From: a virus
Taxonomy: Duplodnaviria; Caudoviricetes
Virus record (IMG/VR): IMGVR_UViG_3300006153_000386
Span: 32,438-96,437 of that record
Strand: one strand, 5' to 3'
DNA: 64,000 nucleotides
A program made the position numbers and the translations under genes. The number at the start of each line of letters is the position of its first letter. Position 1 is the first letter of the stretch. Below the pieces are notes generated by a model. The model searched no databases and had not been told where the DNA came from. It was given only the letters and a program-made list of their open reading frames with translations. Below, piece by piece: positions 39,779 through 49,501 of this stretch.

Positions 39779-40105
39779 ATATCCTTAACAAGTTGAGAAA
39801 CACCTAAACAAATCAACTTGCCATTCATATAAATAAGGTTTAAATATCCGAATAACCAAACGGTGTGTTATATGAGTTCCAACCTTGACAACATAGCTTC
39901 CCAACTACTTGCATCTAATCGGACGGAAAGAAGTAGAAAACGTATAAGGATAATCGAAGCGTTTGGCGGTTTGGGTAAAAGGTAATTAGATGTAGAAATT
40001 ATTATGAGAGTTTATATTTTTTTGATGTGTAGGTTGTCATAATATTTTTGGGTTGAAAATGAGGAATAATCTGATATAATATAGTATAGATGGGAGGTTG
40101 GCAAC

Positions 40106-40366
40106 GTGAAAATTGAATATGCTAAAAGAGCAGTAAAATATATTGAATCGTTGGATAAACCGACAAAACAGCGAATTAAAGCAGGTATCGAAGGATTAGC
40201 AGAAAATCCACCCAAAGGCGATATAAGGACAATGCAAGGCTATTCAGATGGCAGAAAACGGTTAAGAATTGGAAAGTATAGAATAATATATAATTATGGT
40301 CTGAATGGAGAAATTAAAGTATTATATATAATGGATGTTGATACAAGGGGCGATATTTATAAATAG
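40106..40366 (+). CDS. relE: RelE/ParE family toxin
   Basis: RLRIGKYRIIY...VDTRGDIYK. Confidence 0.85.
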   Translation: MKIEYAKRAVKYIESLDKPTKQRIKAGIEGLAENPPKGDIRTMQGYSDGRKRLRIGKYRIIYNYGLNGEIKVLYIMDVDTRGDIYK

Positions 40367-40381
40367 AAAGGAAGTGTTTGC

Positions 40382-40594
40382 ATGAGTGCAGCAACGAAGG
40401 AAGCTATAAATCTTATGGAAATCTTGCCAGAAAGCGATCAAAACTTTGCACTTGAATTTATAAAGAAACTTGTTCTTGCGTGGGACCCGGACTATACAAA
40501 GGTTACACCAGTAGAAAGAAAAGCATTAGAAGAAGCGGAAAAAGATATAGCAGAGAATGGAACAATATCACATGATGCTATAAATTGGGATTAG
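40382..40594 (+). CDS. Antitoxin downstream of RelE
   Basis: WDPDYTKVTP...ISHDAINWD. Confidence 0.7.
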   Translation: MSAATKEAINLMEILPESDQNFALEFIKKLVLAWDPDYTKVTPVERKALEEAEKDIAENGTISHDAINWD

Positions 40595-40606
40595 GAGGCG
40601 AGAGAG

Positions 40607-40792
40607 ATTACAGTTAGCAAAGCACAGCAGAAAGCTACTAAAGAATGGGAAAAACGTAACTATGATAGTGTTAATCTAAGACTTCCCAAAGGTACTAAAG
40701 AAAGAATAAAAAATGTAAGCGAAACAGTAAATGGATTTATAGTTACAGCAACGTTGGAAAAATTAGAAAAGGAAGAAAGCGAGGAAAAATGA
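40607..40792 (+). CDS. RHH/Arc-like regulator, ATT start
   Basis: GGAGG-8 nt-ATT; (M)TVSKAQQKATKEWEKRNYDSVNLRLPKGTKERIK... Confidence 0.7.
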   Translation: MTVSKAQQKATKEWEKRNYDSVNLRLPKGTKERIKNVSETVNGFIVTATLEKLEKEESEEK

Positions 40793-40817
40793 ACCTTGCT
40801 TTTTTATTGCCCTTAAA

Positions 40818-40920
40818 TATAACGGTACCGTTATACAATATACATAAATTAAGCGTGATATGGTACCGTTATATTTGTTACATTTTCCGATATTGCATAT
40901 ATAACGGTACCGATATATAA
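40818..40920. promoter_or_regulatory. Three palindromic operators TATAACGGTACCGTTATA overlapping a promoter
   Basis: Copies near 40818, 40859 and 40900; TTGCAT...TATAAT. Confidence 0.75.
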
Positions 40921-41199
40921 TAAAGACAGTTAAAGAAAAGCAACAAACTTTTAACAGCTCATATATCTAGGGTTTAAATATCCGAATAACCTAACGGTGT
41001 GTTTATGGATTCATAGTACATTGACAACATAAAAACAAAACGGGCAGTTGCAGACCGCTCCTAGAATAAATGAGATAGGGGAAAGTAACGGGGCAGAGCC
41101 GTCCCAAGGGAATGCGTAAGAAACAGTTTCCGGCTCCAATAAATTTTAGGATTTGCATCAGTCAAATGATGTAGATTCTTTTCTAAAACAATAGCAGTT

Positions 41200-41436
41200 A
41201 TGGAGGTAATTATGGTCGAGATAAAAGAAGGATATAAATATTCTTGCTGTAATTCATGCGGAAGAGTTAATATAAATGATATTGTTATTTGGCGTGTGGA
41301 AGCTGGTATGGATGATTTAGCCGGAAGAATATCTTTAGGTTTTTGTAATGAATGTTTAAAAAAGCTACATAATGAAATGAATAAATTTTTTGATTGTGAA
41401 GGGAGAATAAGGGTGAAAGAAAAAGTGGATTTTTGA
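41200..41436 (+). CDS. Cys-rich protein, 3' end probably altered by IS110
   Basis: CxxC motifs; ends within IS flank. Confidence 0.5.
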   Translation: MEVIMVEIKEGYKYSCCNSCGRVNINDIVIWRVEAGMDDLAGRISLGFCNECLKKLHNEMNKFFDCEGRIRVKEKVDF

Positions 41437-43059
41437 GCGCACTTCACTAAGGAGTCAAAAAACTCCTCCAAAAACAAATATATGTTCTGGTTCAATGTTA
41501 GTTATCGTTGCATTTAACTAATTGAGAGGTATCATAGCCTTGGGCGGCGAGAAATGCCAAAGCATTTTCTTCGTTTAAAACAACCCGCTTGTTCTGTTCA
41601 CGGCTATCCATTAATTCTTCATAGTCCGTTGGCGCAAATGGTTTCTTTTCAGAGATCATATGGTAAATACAGACCATCATCATGCGGGCTGTGGCAATAA
41701 TAGCTTTTTTGTGTCCGCGACGCTTTTTGATTGCATTATATTTCACTGCAAAATAAGGCTGTTTCTTGCTCCTTACGGCAGAAAGGGCACACTGTACCAT
41801 TACGGGTTTCAGGTATTCGCCAGCTTTTGTAATGCGGACAGATTTTTTCTTTCCTGCGGATTCATTATTAGCAGGGGCGAGCCCGCACCAGGAACAGAGA
41901 TGTCCGGCATCGTCAAAGATTTCCATATTGACTCCGGTTTCAGCCAGGACAATGGTTGTACTCAATTCTGTCATACCGGGCATTGTGCTTACGAATTCTA
42001 CAAATTCGTAATAAGGCTTTATGCGGACATAGAGTTCGACTTCCGTCTGGGTGATCATATTTTCAAGGTAATCCAGATGATTACGGGCAAGTTCCAGTTT
42101 TTTGGCCTGATCGGTTTCAATGTTATAGCCTTTGATCGCCTCAATGATTTCGTTTGATGTGGCTTTTGTCCCTTTTTTGATCAGTCTGCGGACAGCCTTT
42201 TCATCAATCGTGTCTGAGGTATGTTCCAGCAGATAGGACATGATCTCAGTGGCTGTTTTACAGAAGGGGTCTTTGAGGACGCTTGCGATCCCAATGTTGG
42301 AAACTGTCATACAATTCTGGATGCGGTTCTTTTCCGAGGATTTCATGCAGACCAGTTTAAAACGGTATCTGGCAAGTTCCCGAAGCTGCCGGAAATCTTT
42401 TGGAGGGATAAAAGAGCATCTGACCAGATCAAACTTGTAGAGGTCGGCAATCCATTTGGAATCCTTTTTGTCGGTTTTTTTGCCCTTGATAGCTTTCACA
42501 TATTTGGGGTGCGTGAGGCAGACATCAATGTCTTTTTCGAGATAATTAAAAATAGGAATCCAATACTTCCCTGTGGATTCCATACAGACATGATAGCAAT
42601 TATTCTCGATAAGCCAGTCGTGAAACTTTTGGATGTCCGAGTTGATGGTGGAAAAAGATTTCCGGGTATACTCGGAAATGCCCTCTTTGTTGGTAGTTAC
42701 GATGGTTGCAACGATAATATTTTTATGGACATCAAGTCCACAGCAGATGGAGTATTTTAACTTCATCATAAGTATCACCACCTTAAAAATGGATAGCAAC
42801 ATTGACTGTCATCCTGTGACTAAATAAATATGGTTTATTACCAATGATAAGGGTCCGGGCTCAAAGTCCCACTTGTTTGTGCTTGAAAGGATGACGGCAC
42901 ATATAACCATGCGGGGTCGGAAATGCATCCGCCACTCATCTCCCCGTGCTCTGTAGTGTATTGCTATCCTGAATTTATTATAAACCAAACAACAACGTTG
43001 CACAACTAGCTCTTTCATGACTTGTTTGTGCCTTGAGCGAAGCGAAAGGAATGATGAAA
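41414..43059 (-). mobile_element. IS110-family insertion sequence (ends approximate)
   Basis: Higher GC than flanks, no terminal inverted repeats seen, TGAAA at both junctions, long 5' non-coding end. Confidence 0.75.
41498..42802 (-). CDS. IS110 family transposase/recombinase
   Basis: DEDD RuvC-like GLDVHK, MESTG, KTDKKD; C-terminal WCGLAP..ESAG. Confidence 0.95.
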   Translation of the reverse strand: MLLSIFKVVILMMKLKYSICCGLDVHKNIIVATIVTTNKEGISEYTRKSFSTINSDIQKFHDWLIENNCYHVCMESTGKYWIPIFNYLEKDIDVCLTHPKYVKAIKGKKTDKKDSKWIADLYKFDLVRCSFIPPKDFRQLRELARYRFKLVCMKSSEKNRIQNCMTVSNIGIASVLKDPFCKTATEIMSYLLEHTSDTIDEKAVRRLIKKGTKATSNEIIEAIKGYNIETDQAKKLELARNHLDYLENMITQTEVELYVRIKPYYEFVEFVSTMPGMTELSTTIVLAETGVNMEIFDDAGHLCSWCGLAPANNESAGKKKSVRITKAGEYLKPVMVQCALSAVRSKKQPYFAVKYNAIKKRRGHKKAIIATARMMMVCIYHMISEKKPFAPTDYEELMDSREQNKRVVLNEENALAFLAAQGYDTSQLVKCNDN

Positions 43060-43680
43060 ATCATGAGCAAAAAAGCAATAGATTTTACACAGATAAATGA
43101 AACAGCATTAGTACATCTTCAGAATTTTGCAGCAGCAAGAATTGCGATCGCCAAAGAAGATCAGAGACATAAGGCAGAAAAGAAATCATTAAATGCGCAG
43201 CTGGATGCCCTACATGAAAACAGAGAAATTAATATAAAAGCAGGGATGCCACGGGATGAGGTTCTTATCAAGTTCTCTACTCTGGAGATTGATAATGCAA
43301 TTCGTAAAGAAGACGACAAACACAAAGAAATCATGAAACCTCTGAATGAAGATCTGAAAAGTACATATACATTTATTCCAAAGAATATGTATGATGGCTA
43401 TATGCGAAAGATTGAATTGCAGAAGCGGGGCGAATACATAAATTATTTAAGTGAATTTTTAGGAAACCTGGGTATCAAAGAAACTTCCCAGTCAGCGTTG
43501 TGCAAGCTGGCAGAGCAGATTTCAGATTATCTTGGAGTAACAGTGAGCAAATCCGGGAAACTATTAAAAGAACACAAGTTTTCATGCGTGATGCACAAAA
43601 CACAGTTCAATAGATTATTTATGAGTGTGTTCTGTGATATTTTAGCAGAGAAGGGTGTTATTAATTTTTGTTTTGATTGA
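43033..43680 (+). CDS. Hypothetical protein
   Basis: 215-aa ORF. Confidence 0.6.
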   Translation: MSEAKGMMKIMSKKAIDFTQINETALVHLQNFAAARIAIAKEDQRHKAEKKSLNAQLDALHENREINIKAGMPRDEVLIKFSTLEIDNAIRKEDDKHKEIMKPLNEDLKSTYTFIPKNMYDGYMRKIELQKRGEYINYLSEFLGNLGIKETSQSALCKLAEQISDYLGVTVSKSGKLLKEHKFSCVMHKTQFNRLFMSVFCDILAEKGVINFCFD

Positions 43681-43944
43681 TAAAGGAAGGTACATAATTA
43701 TTTATCATCTGATTATATATTTTTTAAGTAATTAGTTTACATAATCATTATTATGTAAATAAATTGGAGGAATGAATATATGAAAAGAGTATCATATTTA
43801 GAATATCAGGTAGCAAAAGCAATTTACAATAAAGTAGTTTTGATAAGTGCTTCCGATAATGAGGCACTTATTTTTATAAGAAAGTAAAAAGAAAAGTAGA
43901 AGATAAGGTTATACATACAAATTCAAATAAGAAAGGTTAGAACG

Positions 43945-45630
43945 GTGGAAGTTATGTCAAATTATTATGATTATAGAGAAGTGAAAGTTATGATTGCTCA
44001 CAAACTTATGAGCATGGAAGGCTGGAAGGTTTACGGCTATAAAGAAGACAGAAGCGACAGTATGACAGATTATTGGGATCCTGCTAATTGGGATGGAGTA
44101 GCAGAAAAGAATGGTTATATCTTATGCGTGGATGTTTACGGCGCAGCAGAACCGCAGGAAATCAGAAAATATAATTACTCTGGTTTTACATATGATCACA
44201 GCATTTCAGAAAAAATTAAAAAGTTGGAAGCTATGACCGTTGAACGGGGAGCATCAGAAACAGAAGAAGCAAGCGCAAAATTATCTATTGAACGTTTGCA
44301 GAAAAAAGCAGAAGAAACAACGGAAAACGCAAGTAAATATATTGTTGTTGGTACAGTTCCCGGACATATGGCACACCCTCCAAAAATGAACTGGCATATT
44401 GAAAAAGATGGGATCATCATTGCAAAGGGTAACGGCATTTTGAAATTTGCCCATATCTGGAAATATTACAATTATAACCGTGATATGGAATGGTTGAACG
44501 AATATAAGAAGGATAAAAAATCATACGCCAACAAGCACACACAAGACCTTGTAAACCATGGATATTATAACAGTGAAGAAGATGCAAGGAAAAGCACAGA
44601 AAGACATGTTGAGGATTTAGAGGAAGATATTAAGTTGATAGATAAATTTGAGGCTTTTATCAATAAACTTGATACAACTTGTGGTGGCTTACTTGGAGAA
44701 GGTGATGGTACTATTTACGAAAAAGTAACCGTTACAGAGTACAAAAAAGAGAATAAAGTTGTTGAGGACTCAACCGGAAGCATTAAAGAGGGACAACTTT
44801 TTATTTTGAAATCTAATTTCAATTATGGATGTTATAAAGGGCTTGTATATCGTATTCATGAAACAGAGAGAAACGGACAGAAACATTTTCATGCTTATAA
44901 ACTAAATGGAAAACTTACAAAGGAATGTACAGGAAACGCAAGCCGTAATAACTATTGGTTTGTTGGTAGTGGTGATTCTGAATGCCTCACAAAATGGATT
45001 GAAAAGGGTGCTATTGCATGGTGTCATATTGAAGAGGTAAAAACGCCATATGAGGTGGAAAAGGTTGTAAAAAAGACTATTAAAGCAGAAAAGAAAAATA
45101 CGACATCTACCACAACGGAAACGGCACAGACAGAGGAAACAGACGTAAACGCCTATGCATATGAAGTATCAGAAGACACGGACACACGTACAGGAGAAAA
45201 AATATATCTTGTAAAGGTTGCGGAAAAATTGAGCCGTGAAGAGTATATAACCGTAAACAAGTATATTAAATCTTTGGGTGGTTATTACTCAAAATTTAAA
45301 CATGCGTTTTTATTCAAGGAAAATCCATCGGAGAAATTAAATATATCTATAACGGAAATTGCAACACAGACAGCAGAACCGGCACAGGAAGCACAAAGCA
45401 CAAAGGAAGAACCAGAAGCGAAAAAAACAAGTATTTCCTATACAATTACAGAGGATCAGCACACGCAAACACACGCGAAAATCTGGATTGTGAAGCCTGA
45501 AAAGGAATTAAACAAGTCAGACTTTGCGGAGGTTAAGCGGAAACTTGCAACGCTACAAGGCTATTATAGCAGTTTTAAACGTGGTTTTATTTTTAAATAC
45601 AATCCAACGGAAGCATTGCAAACAGGATAA
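43945..45630 (+). CDS. Large hypothetical protein with duplicated C-terminal domain
   Basis: Two repeats: I(Y/W)(L/I)VK..KL...GYYS.FK..F.FK.NP. Confidence 0.7.
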   Translation: MEVMSNYYDYREVKVMIAHKLMSMEGWKVYGYKEDRSDSMTDYWDPANWDGVAEKNGYILCVDVYGAAEPQEIRKYNYSGFTYDHSISEKIKKLEAMTVERGASETEEASAKLSIERLQKKAEETTENASKYIVVGTVPGHMAHPPKMNWHIEKDGIIIAKGNGILKFAHIWKYYNYNRDMEWLNEYKKDKKSYANKHTQDLVNHGYYNSEEDARKSTERHVEDLEEDIKLIDKFEAFINKLDTTCGGLLGEGDGTIYEKVTVTEYKKENKVVEDSTGSIKEGQLFILKSNFNYGCYKGLVYRIHETERNGQKHFHAYKLNGKLTKECTGNASRNNYWFVGSGDSECLTKWIEKGAIAWCHIEEVKTPYEVEKVVKKTIKAEKKNTTSTTTETAQTEETDVNAYAYEVSEDTDTRTGEKIYLVKVAEKLSREEYITVNKYIKSLGGYYSKFKHAFLFKENPSEKLNISITEIATQTAEPAQEAQSTKEEPEAKKTSISYTITEDQHTQTHAKIWIVKPEKELNKSDFAEVKRKLATLQGYYSSFKRGFIFKYNPTEALQTG

Positions 45631-45663
45631 TATAAAGGCGGTTGAAATATACTGCCTTATAAA

Positions 45664-47313
45664 ATGGAGGAAATGATAATGTTACCAAAAGAGTTTTATC
45701 CTACACCACAAAATATTATTGACAAGATGCTTTTTGATTTAGATTTTACAATGATAAAAAGTATTTTGGAACCATCGGCGGGTAAGGGGGATATAGTTGA
45801 GGCATTAAAGAAGAAAGAAGGAAACCATAATAAATATTATGGCAAACAATACTATCAGTTTGATATTGATTGTATAGAAGCTGATCAGAATCTGCAGCAT
45901 ATTCTTAAAGGGAAAAATTTCCGTGTTGTTTATAATGATTTTCTTACATATAACACGATGAAGGAATACGACCTAATTATTATGAATCCGCCTTTTTCTA
46001 ACGGTTGCAAACATCTTTTAAAGGCTTTAGAAATGCAGCAGAGAAACGGCGGAGCGGTTGTATGCCTGCTCAATGCGGAAACTTTTAAAAATCCGTGTAC
46101 AAATGATAGGCAGTATTTACAGCGTAAACTTACAGAATATAACGCAAAAATTGAGTTTATACAAAATGCTTTTCTGGATGCAGAACGGAAAACGGCGGTT
46201 GAAATTGTGCTTGTAAAGGTTCAGCTTCCAGAGGTGCAAAGAGAATCTTTTATATTGGAAGGATTAAGAAAAGCAAAAGATCAAAAAGAATTTCAGGCAG
46301 AAGAAAACACAAAACTAATTGATAGTGATTTTTTCAAGGCTATTGTAAAACAATATCAGTTAGAAGTGGAAGCAGGAATAAAATTGATTAAAGAATATTA
46401 TGCAATGCAGCCGTTTATTTTGTCACAGTTTGGAAAAGACGAAAAGACAGGGGAAACGATACAAAAAGGCGGCTGTATTATCTCCATGACTTGTAGTAAA
46501 AATGGGCTTTCTGTTAATGAATATATAAAAATGGTGCGGAGTAAATATTGGAATGCACTTTTTGAAAATAAAAAATTTATAGGGCAGCTTACAAATAATC
46601 TGCAAAGAGATTTTTATAATAAAGTGGAAGAATTAAGTAACTATGATTTTTCACTTTATAATATCTACCAGTTAAAAATTGATACGCAGAAAAAAGTTAT
46701 AAAAGGTATAGAGGATACCATAATAGATCTTTTTGATGAATTAAGTTATAAATACCATTGGCTTGATGAAACGTCAAAAAACATTCACTATTACAATGGA
46801 TGGAAAACAAACAAGGGATGGATAATCAATAAAAAAGTGATTATTCCTTTAAATGGTTTTTATGACCTTAATTATTCATGGGGAGGATTCAGACCATCAA
46901 GGCATGATGTTGTAAGTAAATTACAGGATATAGAAAAATGTTTTAACTATCTTGATGGAGGGCTAACAGAAGCGGTTGATCTGGAAGAATCCCTAAAGTT
47001 TGCAGAGGAATATGAAGAGACAAAGAATATACAGTTAAAGTATTTTACTGTCACATTCTACAAAAAAGGTACATGTCATATTGTATTTAACAATGACGAG
47101 TTACTGAAAAAATTTAATATTTTCGGAAGTCAGCACAAAGGATGGTTGCCGCCTTCTTACGGCAAGAAAACTTATAAGGATATGACAGCAGAAGAAAAAG
47201 CAGTTGTAAATGAGTTTGAAGGAGAAAAAGAGTATAGCAAAGTTATTTCTAATAAAGAGTATTACTTGTTTGATGGAAATAATCTGAATTTACTGGAAGA
47301 GAAAACGGCATAA
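45664..47313 (+). CDS. Class I SAM-dependent DNA methyltransferase (DUF4942-like)
   Basis: FYPTP, LEPSAGKG, MNPPF; C-terminal YKKGTCHIVF. Confidence 0.85.
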   Translation: MEEMIMLPKEFYPTPQNIIDKMLFDLDFTMIKSILEPSAGKGDIVEALKKKEGNHNKYYGKQYYQFDIDCIEADQNLQHILKGKNFRVVYNDFLTYNTMKEYDLIIMNPPFSNGCKHLLKALEMQQRNGGAVVCLLNAETFKNPCTNDRQYLQRKLTEYNAKIEFIQNAFLDAERKTAVEIVLVKVQLPEVQRESFILEGLRKAKDQKEFQAEENTKLIDSDFFKAIVKQYQLEVEAGIKLIKEYYAMQPFILSQFGKDEKTGETIQKGGCIISMTCSKNGLSVNEYIKMVRSKYWNALFENKKFIGQLTNNLQRDFYNKVEELSNYDFSLYNIYQLKIDTQKKVIKGIEDTIIDLFDELSYKYHWLDETSKNIHYYNGWKTNKGWIINKKVIIPLNGFYDLNYSWGGFRPSRHDVVSKLQDIEKCFNYLDGGLTEAVDLEESLKFAEEYEETKNIQLKYFTVTFYKKGTCHIVFNNDELLKKFNIFGSQHKGWLPPSYGKKTYKDMTAEEKAVVNEFEGEKEYSKVISNKEYYLFDGNNLNLLEEKTA

Positions 47314-47331
47314 AGCCGATGAAATTGTAAT

Positions 47332-47550
47332 TTGAAGGAAGGGAAATACATGAACACAATACCACGATACATGAAAGAGTATGCCAATGCACAGCGGAAA
47401 AGTTATGTAGATAATGAATTGATGCAGAAAAAGTACAAAGATATGGCACTGGAAACCATAGAGCGTATTTTGAAAAATACAGAACACGGATTAATTACAA
47501 TTAATGAAGGAATGAAAGCGTTGTGTAATCCGCTTGATGGAATTTTGTAG
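47332..47550 (+). CDS. Hypothetical protein
   Basis: ORF after junction site. Confidence 0.5.
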   Translation: MKEGKYMNTIPRYMKEYANAQRKSYVDNELMQKKYKDMALETIERILKNTEHGLITINEGMKALCNPLDGIL

Positions 47551-47596
47551 GCAGTTAGAACGGCTATGGAGAATATAAGGCTATAGCCGTTTTATA

Positions 47597-48040
47597 GTGC
47601 TTATAAAGGCAAATAAAGTGTTGGAAGGAGTAAAAACAATGAATGATATTAGAATAAATTATAAGATAGCTTTGAAACTTGAAATGTATATGGAGAAAGA
47701 AATTGAAGAGATTGCTCAGGATTTTCAAAGTTTATCATGGAATTATAATGAAACTTGTAAATATAAAGAAGATATAAAGGAAGGTAGACGATCTTTTCAT
47801 ACTGATTATGGAATTGATAAAGCATCTTATGATAGTAGGGTGAAAAATTTAAGAATCCGTCAGTACGAATTGTATCTTGAATTGGAAAATTTAATAAAGG
47901 ATTGCAAAGAACAGAATGACGGAAAGCCATATCTTCCATACAGTATGCATTTAAAAAGACAATTAATATGTTTTAATCCGTCTTATGATAATATAGCTGA
48001 GGAATTAAGTAGATTAAAAGGAACGGAGGAAAAATCATGA
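47597..48040 (+). CDS. Hypothetical protein
   Basis: RBS GAAGGAG before MNDIR. Confidence 0.55.
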   Translation: MLIKANKVLEGVKTMNDIRINYKIALKLEMYMEKEIEEIAQDFQSLSWNYNETCKYKEDIKEGRRSFHTDYGIDKASYDSRVKNLRIRQYELYLELENLIKDCKEQNDGKPYLPYSMHLKRQLICFNPSYDNIAEELSRLKGTEEKS

Positions 48041-48327
48041 TGATAACATATAGTAGCGGATCTGAAGCCATAGAAACAGTATATACCTATGACGAATGGT
48101 TAAGGGAATATAACCGCCGGGAAACAAAGCGAAGAATCAAACAGAGGGCAGAACGCCTTTATTATATAAAACAACGTTTATCAGGGGTAATAATGGCAAC
48201 TATCGGAATCATAACGCCATTTGTATTGGATGGAGATGCAACAGTGTCATTGTTTGCGCTGCCTTTGGGAATGTTTTTGATGATGACAAAAGAAAAGGTT
48301 ATGACATTTTATAAGTATGTGGCATAA
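48037..48327 (+). CDS. Membrane protein (2 TM)
   Basis: Two hydrophobic C-terminal segments. Confidence 0.6.
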   Translation: MMITYSSGSEAIETVYTYDEWLREYNRRETKRRIKQRAERLYYIKQRLSGVIMATIGIITPFVLDGDATVSLFALPLGMFLMMTKEKVMTFYKYVA

Positions 48328-48498
48328 ATCGTGTATTTCATTGGCTATTGTCCATAGTAAAGGAATACCGCTTATAATGCCGTATTTTAACCATATAGGC
48401 GGTATTTCTCATAGTGTGGATAAAATAGGCAGATACGACTTGAAATTGTGCTAGAATCTGCTATAATTAGTCTATAAGCTAAGAAAGAAGGTATATAT

Positions 48499-48717
48499 AT
48501 GAGTGAAAGAGAACAGGCAAAACAAATTATTGATCAGCTTCCAGAATACAAAATAGGAAATTTACTTTATTTTTTAAAAGGAATACAATTTGATGATGAG
48601 ATAGAAGATGAAATATATTGTCAAAAATTGTATGAAGATTACTTGAATGATCCCGATCCTGAAAAGGATAAAACTTATACTCTTGAAGAGTGTAAAAAGG
48701 AATGGGGGATTGATTGA
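48499..48717 (+). CDS. Antitoxin paired with RelE
   Basis: MSEREQAKQIIDQLPE...; overlaps toxin start. Confidence 0.7.
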   Translation: MSEREQAKQIIDQLPEYKIGNLLYFLKGIQFDDEIEDEIYCQKLYEDYLNDPDPEKDKTYTLEECKKEWGID

Positions 48718-48971
48718 TGTATCAAATTATTATCAAAAAGAAAGCTAAAAAATTTATTGATAAGTTACCAGTAAATGAAAGAAAATGGGTAGTATCAGCA
48801 ATAGAACAGCTTCCCAATGGTGAAGATATAAAGAAAATGCAAGGATATGATGAATTATTAAGGCTTCGTGTTGGTGATTATCGAATTATCTATTCAGTGG
48901 ATAATGGAGAATTAATTGTTTATGTTGTGGATGCTGGGAACCGTGGAGACATATACAAAAGGTATAAGTAG
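48714..48971 (+). CDS. relE: RelE/ParE family toxin
   Basis: RLRVGDYRIIY...AGNRGDIYK. Confidence 0.9.
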   Translation: MMYQIIIKKKAKKFIDKLPVNERKWVVSAIEQLPNGEDIKKMQGYDELLRLRVGDYRIIYSVDNGELIVYVVDAGNRGDIYKRYK

Positions 48972-48983
48972 GAGGCGATAACA

Positions 48984-49214
48984 ATTATAAGCACAAGTGA
49001 AAAAATGAATATTATTCTTTCCAGAGAAGGAAAAACTAAAAAATGGCTTGCGGATCAGTGGGGAATATCGCAGCCATCCATAACAAAGAAATTTCAAGAC
49101 AACAACTGGAAAGAATCGGATATAAGAAAATTCTGTGATATTATGAATATGAATTATGAAATTGTATTCACAAGTAAAGGAAGTGGTCAAGATAACTATA
49201 CAACAGAAAATTGA
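48984..49214 (+). CDS. XRE HTH regulator
   Basis: WLADQWGISQPSITKKF; GGAGG precedes ATT 48984. Confidence 0.7.
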   Translation: MISTSEKMNIILSREGKTKKWLADQWGISQPSITKKFQDNNWKESDIRKFCDIMNMNYEIVFTSKGSGQDNYTTEN

Positions 49215-49404
49215 TATGGCGTTGGCGTATTCTAAAAATGTCACAAAAAAGGATATAGCTGATAAATTAGGTGTTACACCTTCAGCATTTGGGCAGCGTC
49301 TTAAAACGGGAAAATTTACACAAGAAGAACTTAAGACAATAGCAAGCGTTTTAGATGCGGAATATATTTCATATTTCAAATTTAAGGATGGAAAAGAGAT
49401 TTAA
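49156..49404 (+). CDS. XRE HTH regulator
   Basis: IADKLGVTPSAFGQRLKTGKFT.EEL..IA. Confidence 0.75.
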   Translation: MKLYSQVKEVVKITIQQKIDMALAYSKNVTKKDIADKLGVTPSAFGQRLKTGKFTQEELKTIASVLDAEYISYFKFKDGKEI

Positions 49405-49501
49405 AGCAATCGTTTAAAAATATGGTTGCTTTTTATATACAATAAAAATGTAGAATAATCTACATAAATAACGAAAAACCTATTGACATATTGTCTAATA
49501 G

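Noticed and set aside
39837-41003. Assigning the duplicated pseudoknot core to twister, pistol or preQ1
   Set aside because: Conserved nucleotides of those families not recognisable; left unassigned
41660-42827. Several plus-strand ORFs inside the IS110
   Set aside because: Antisense to the transposase in GC-richer DNA; no RBS or motif
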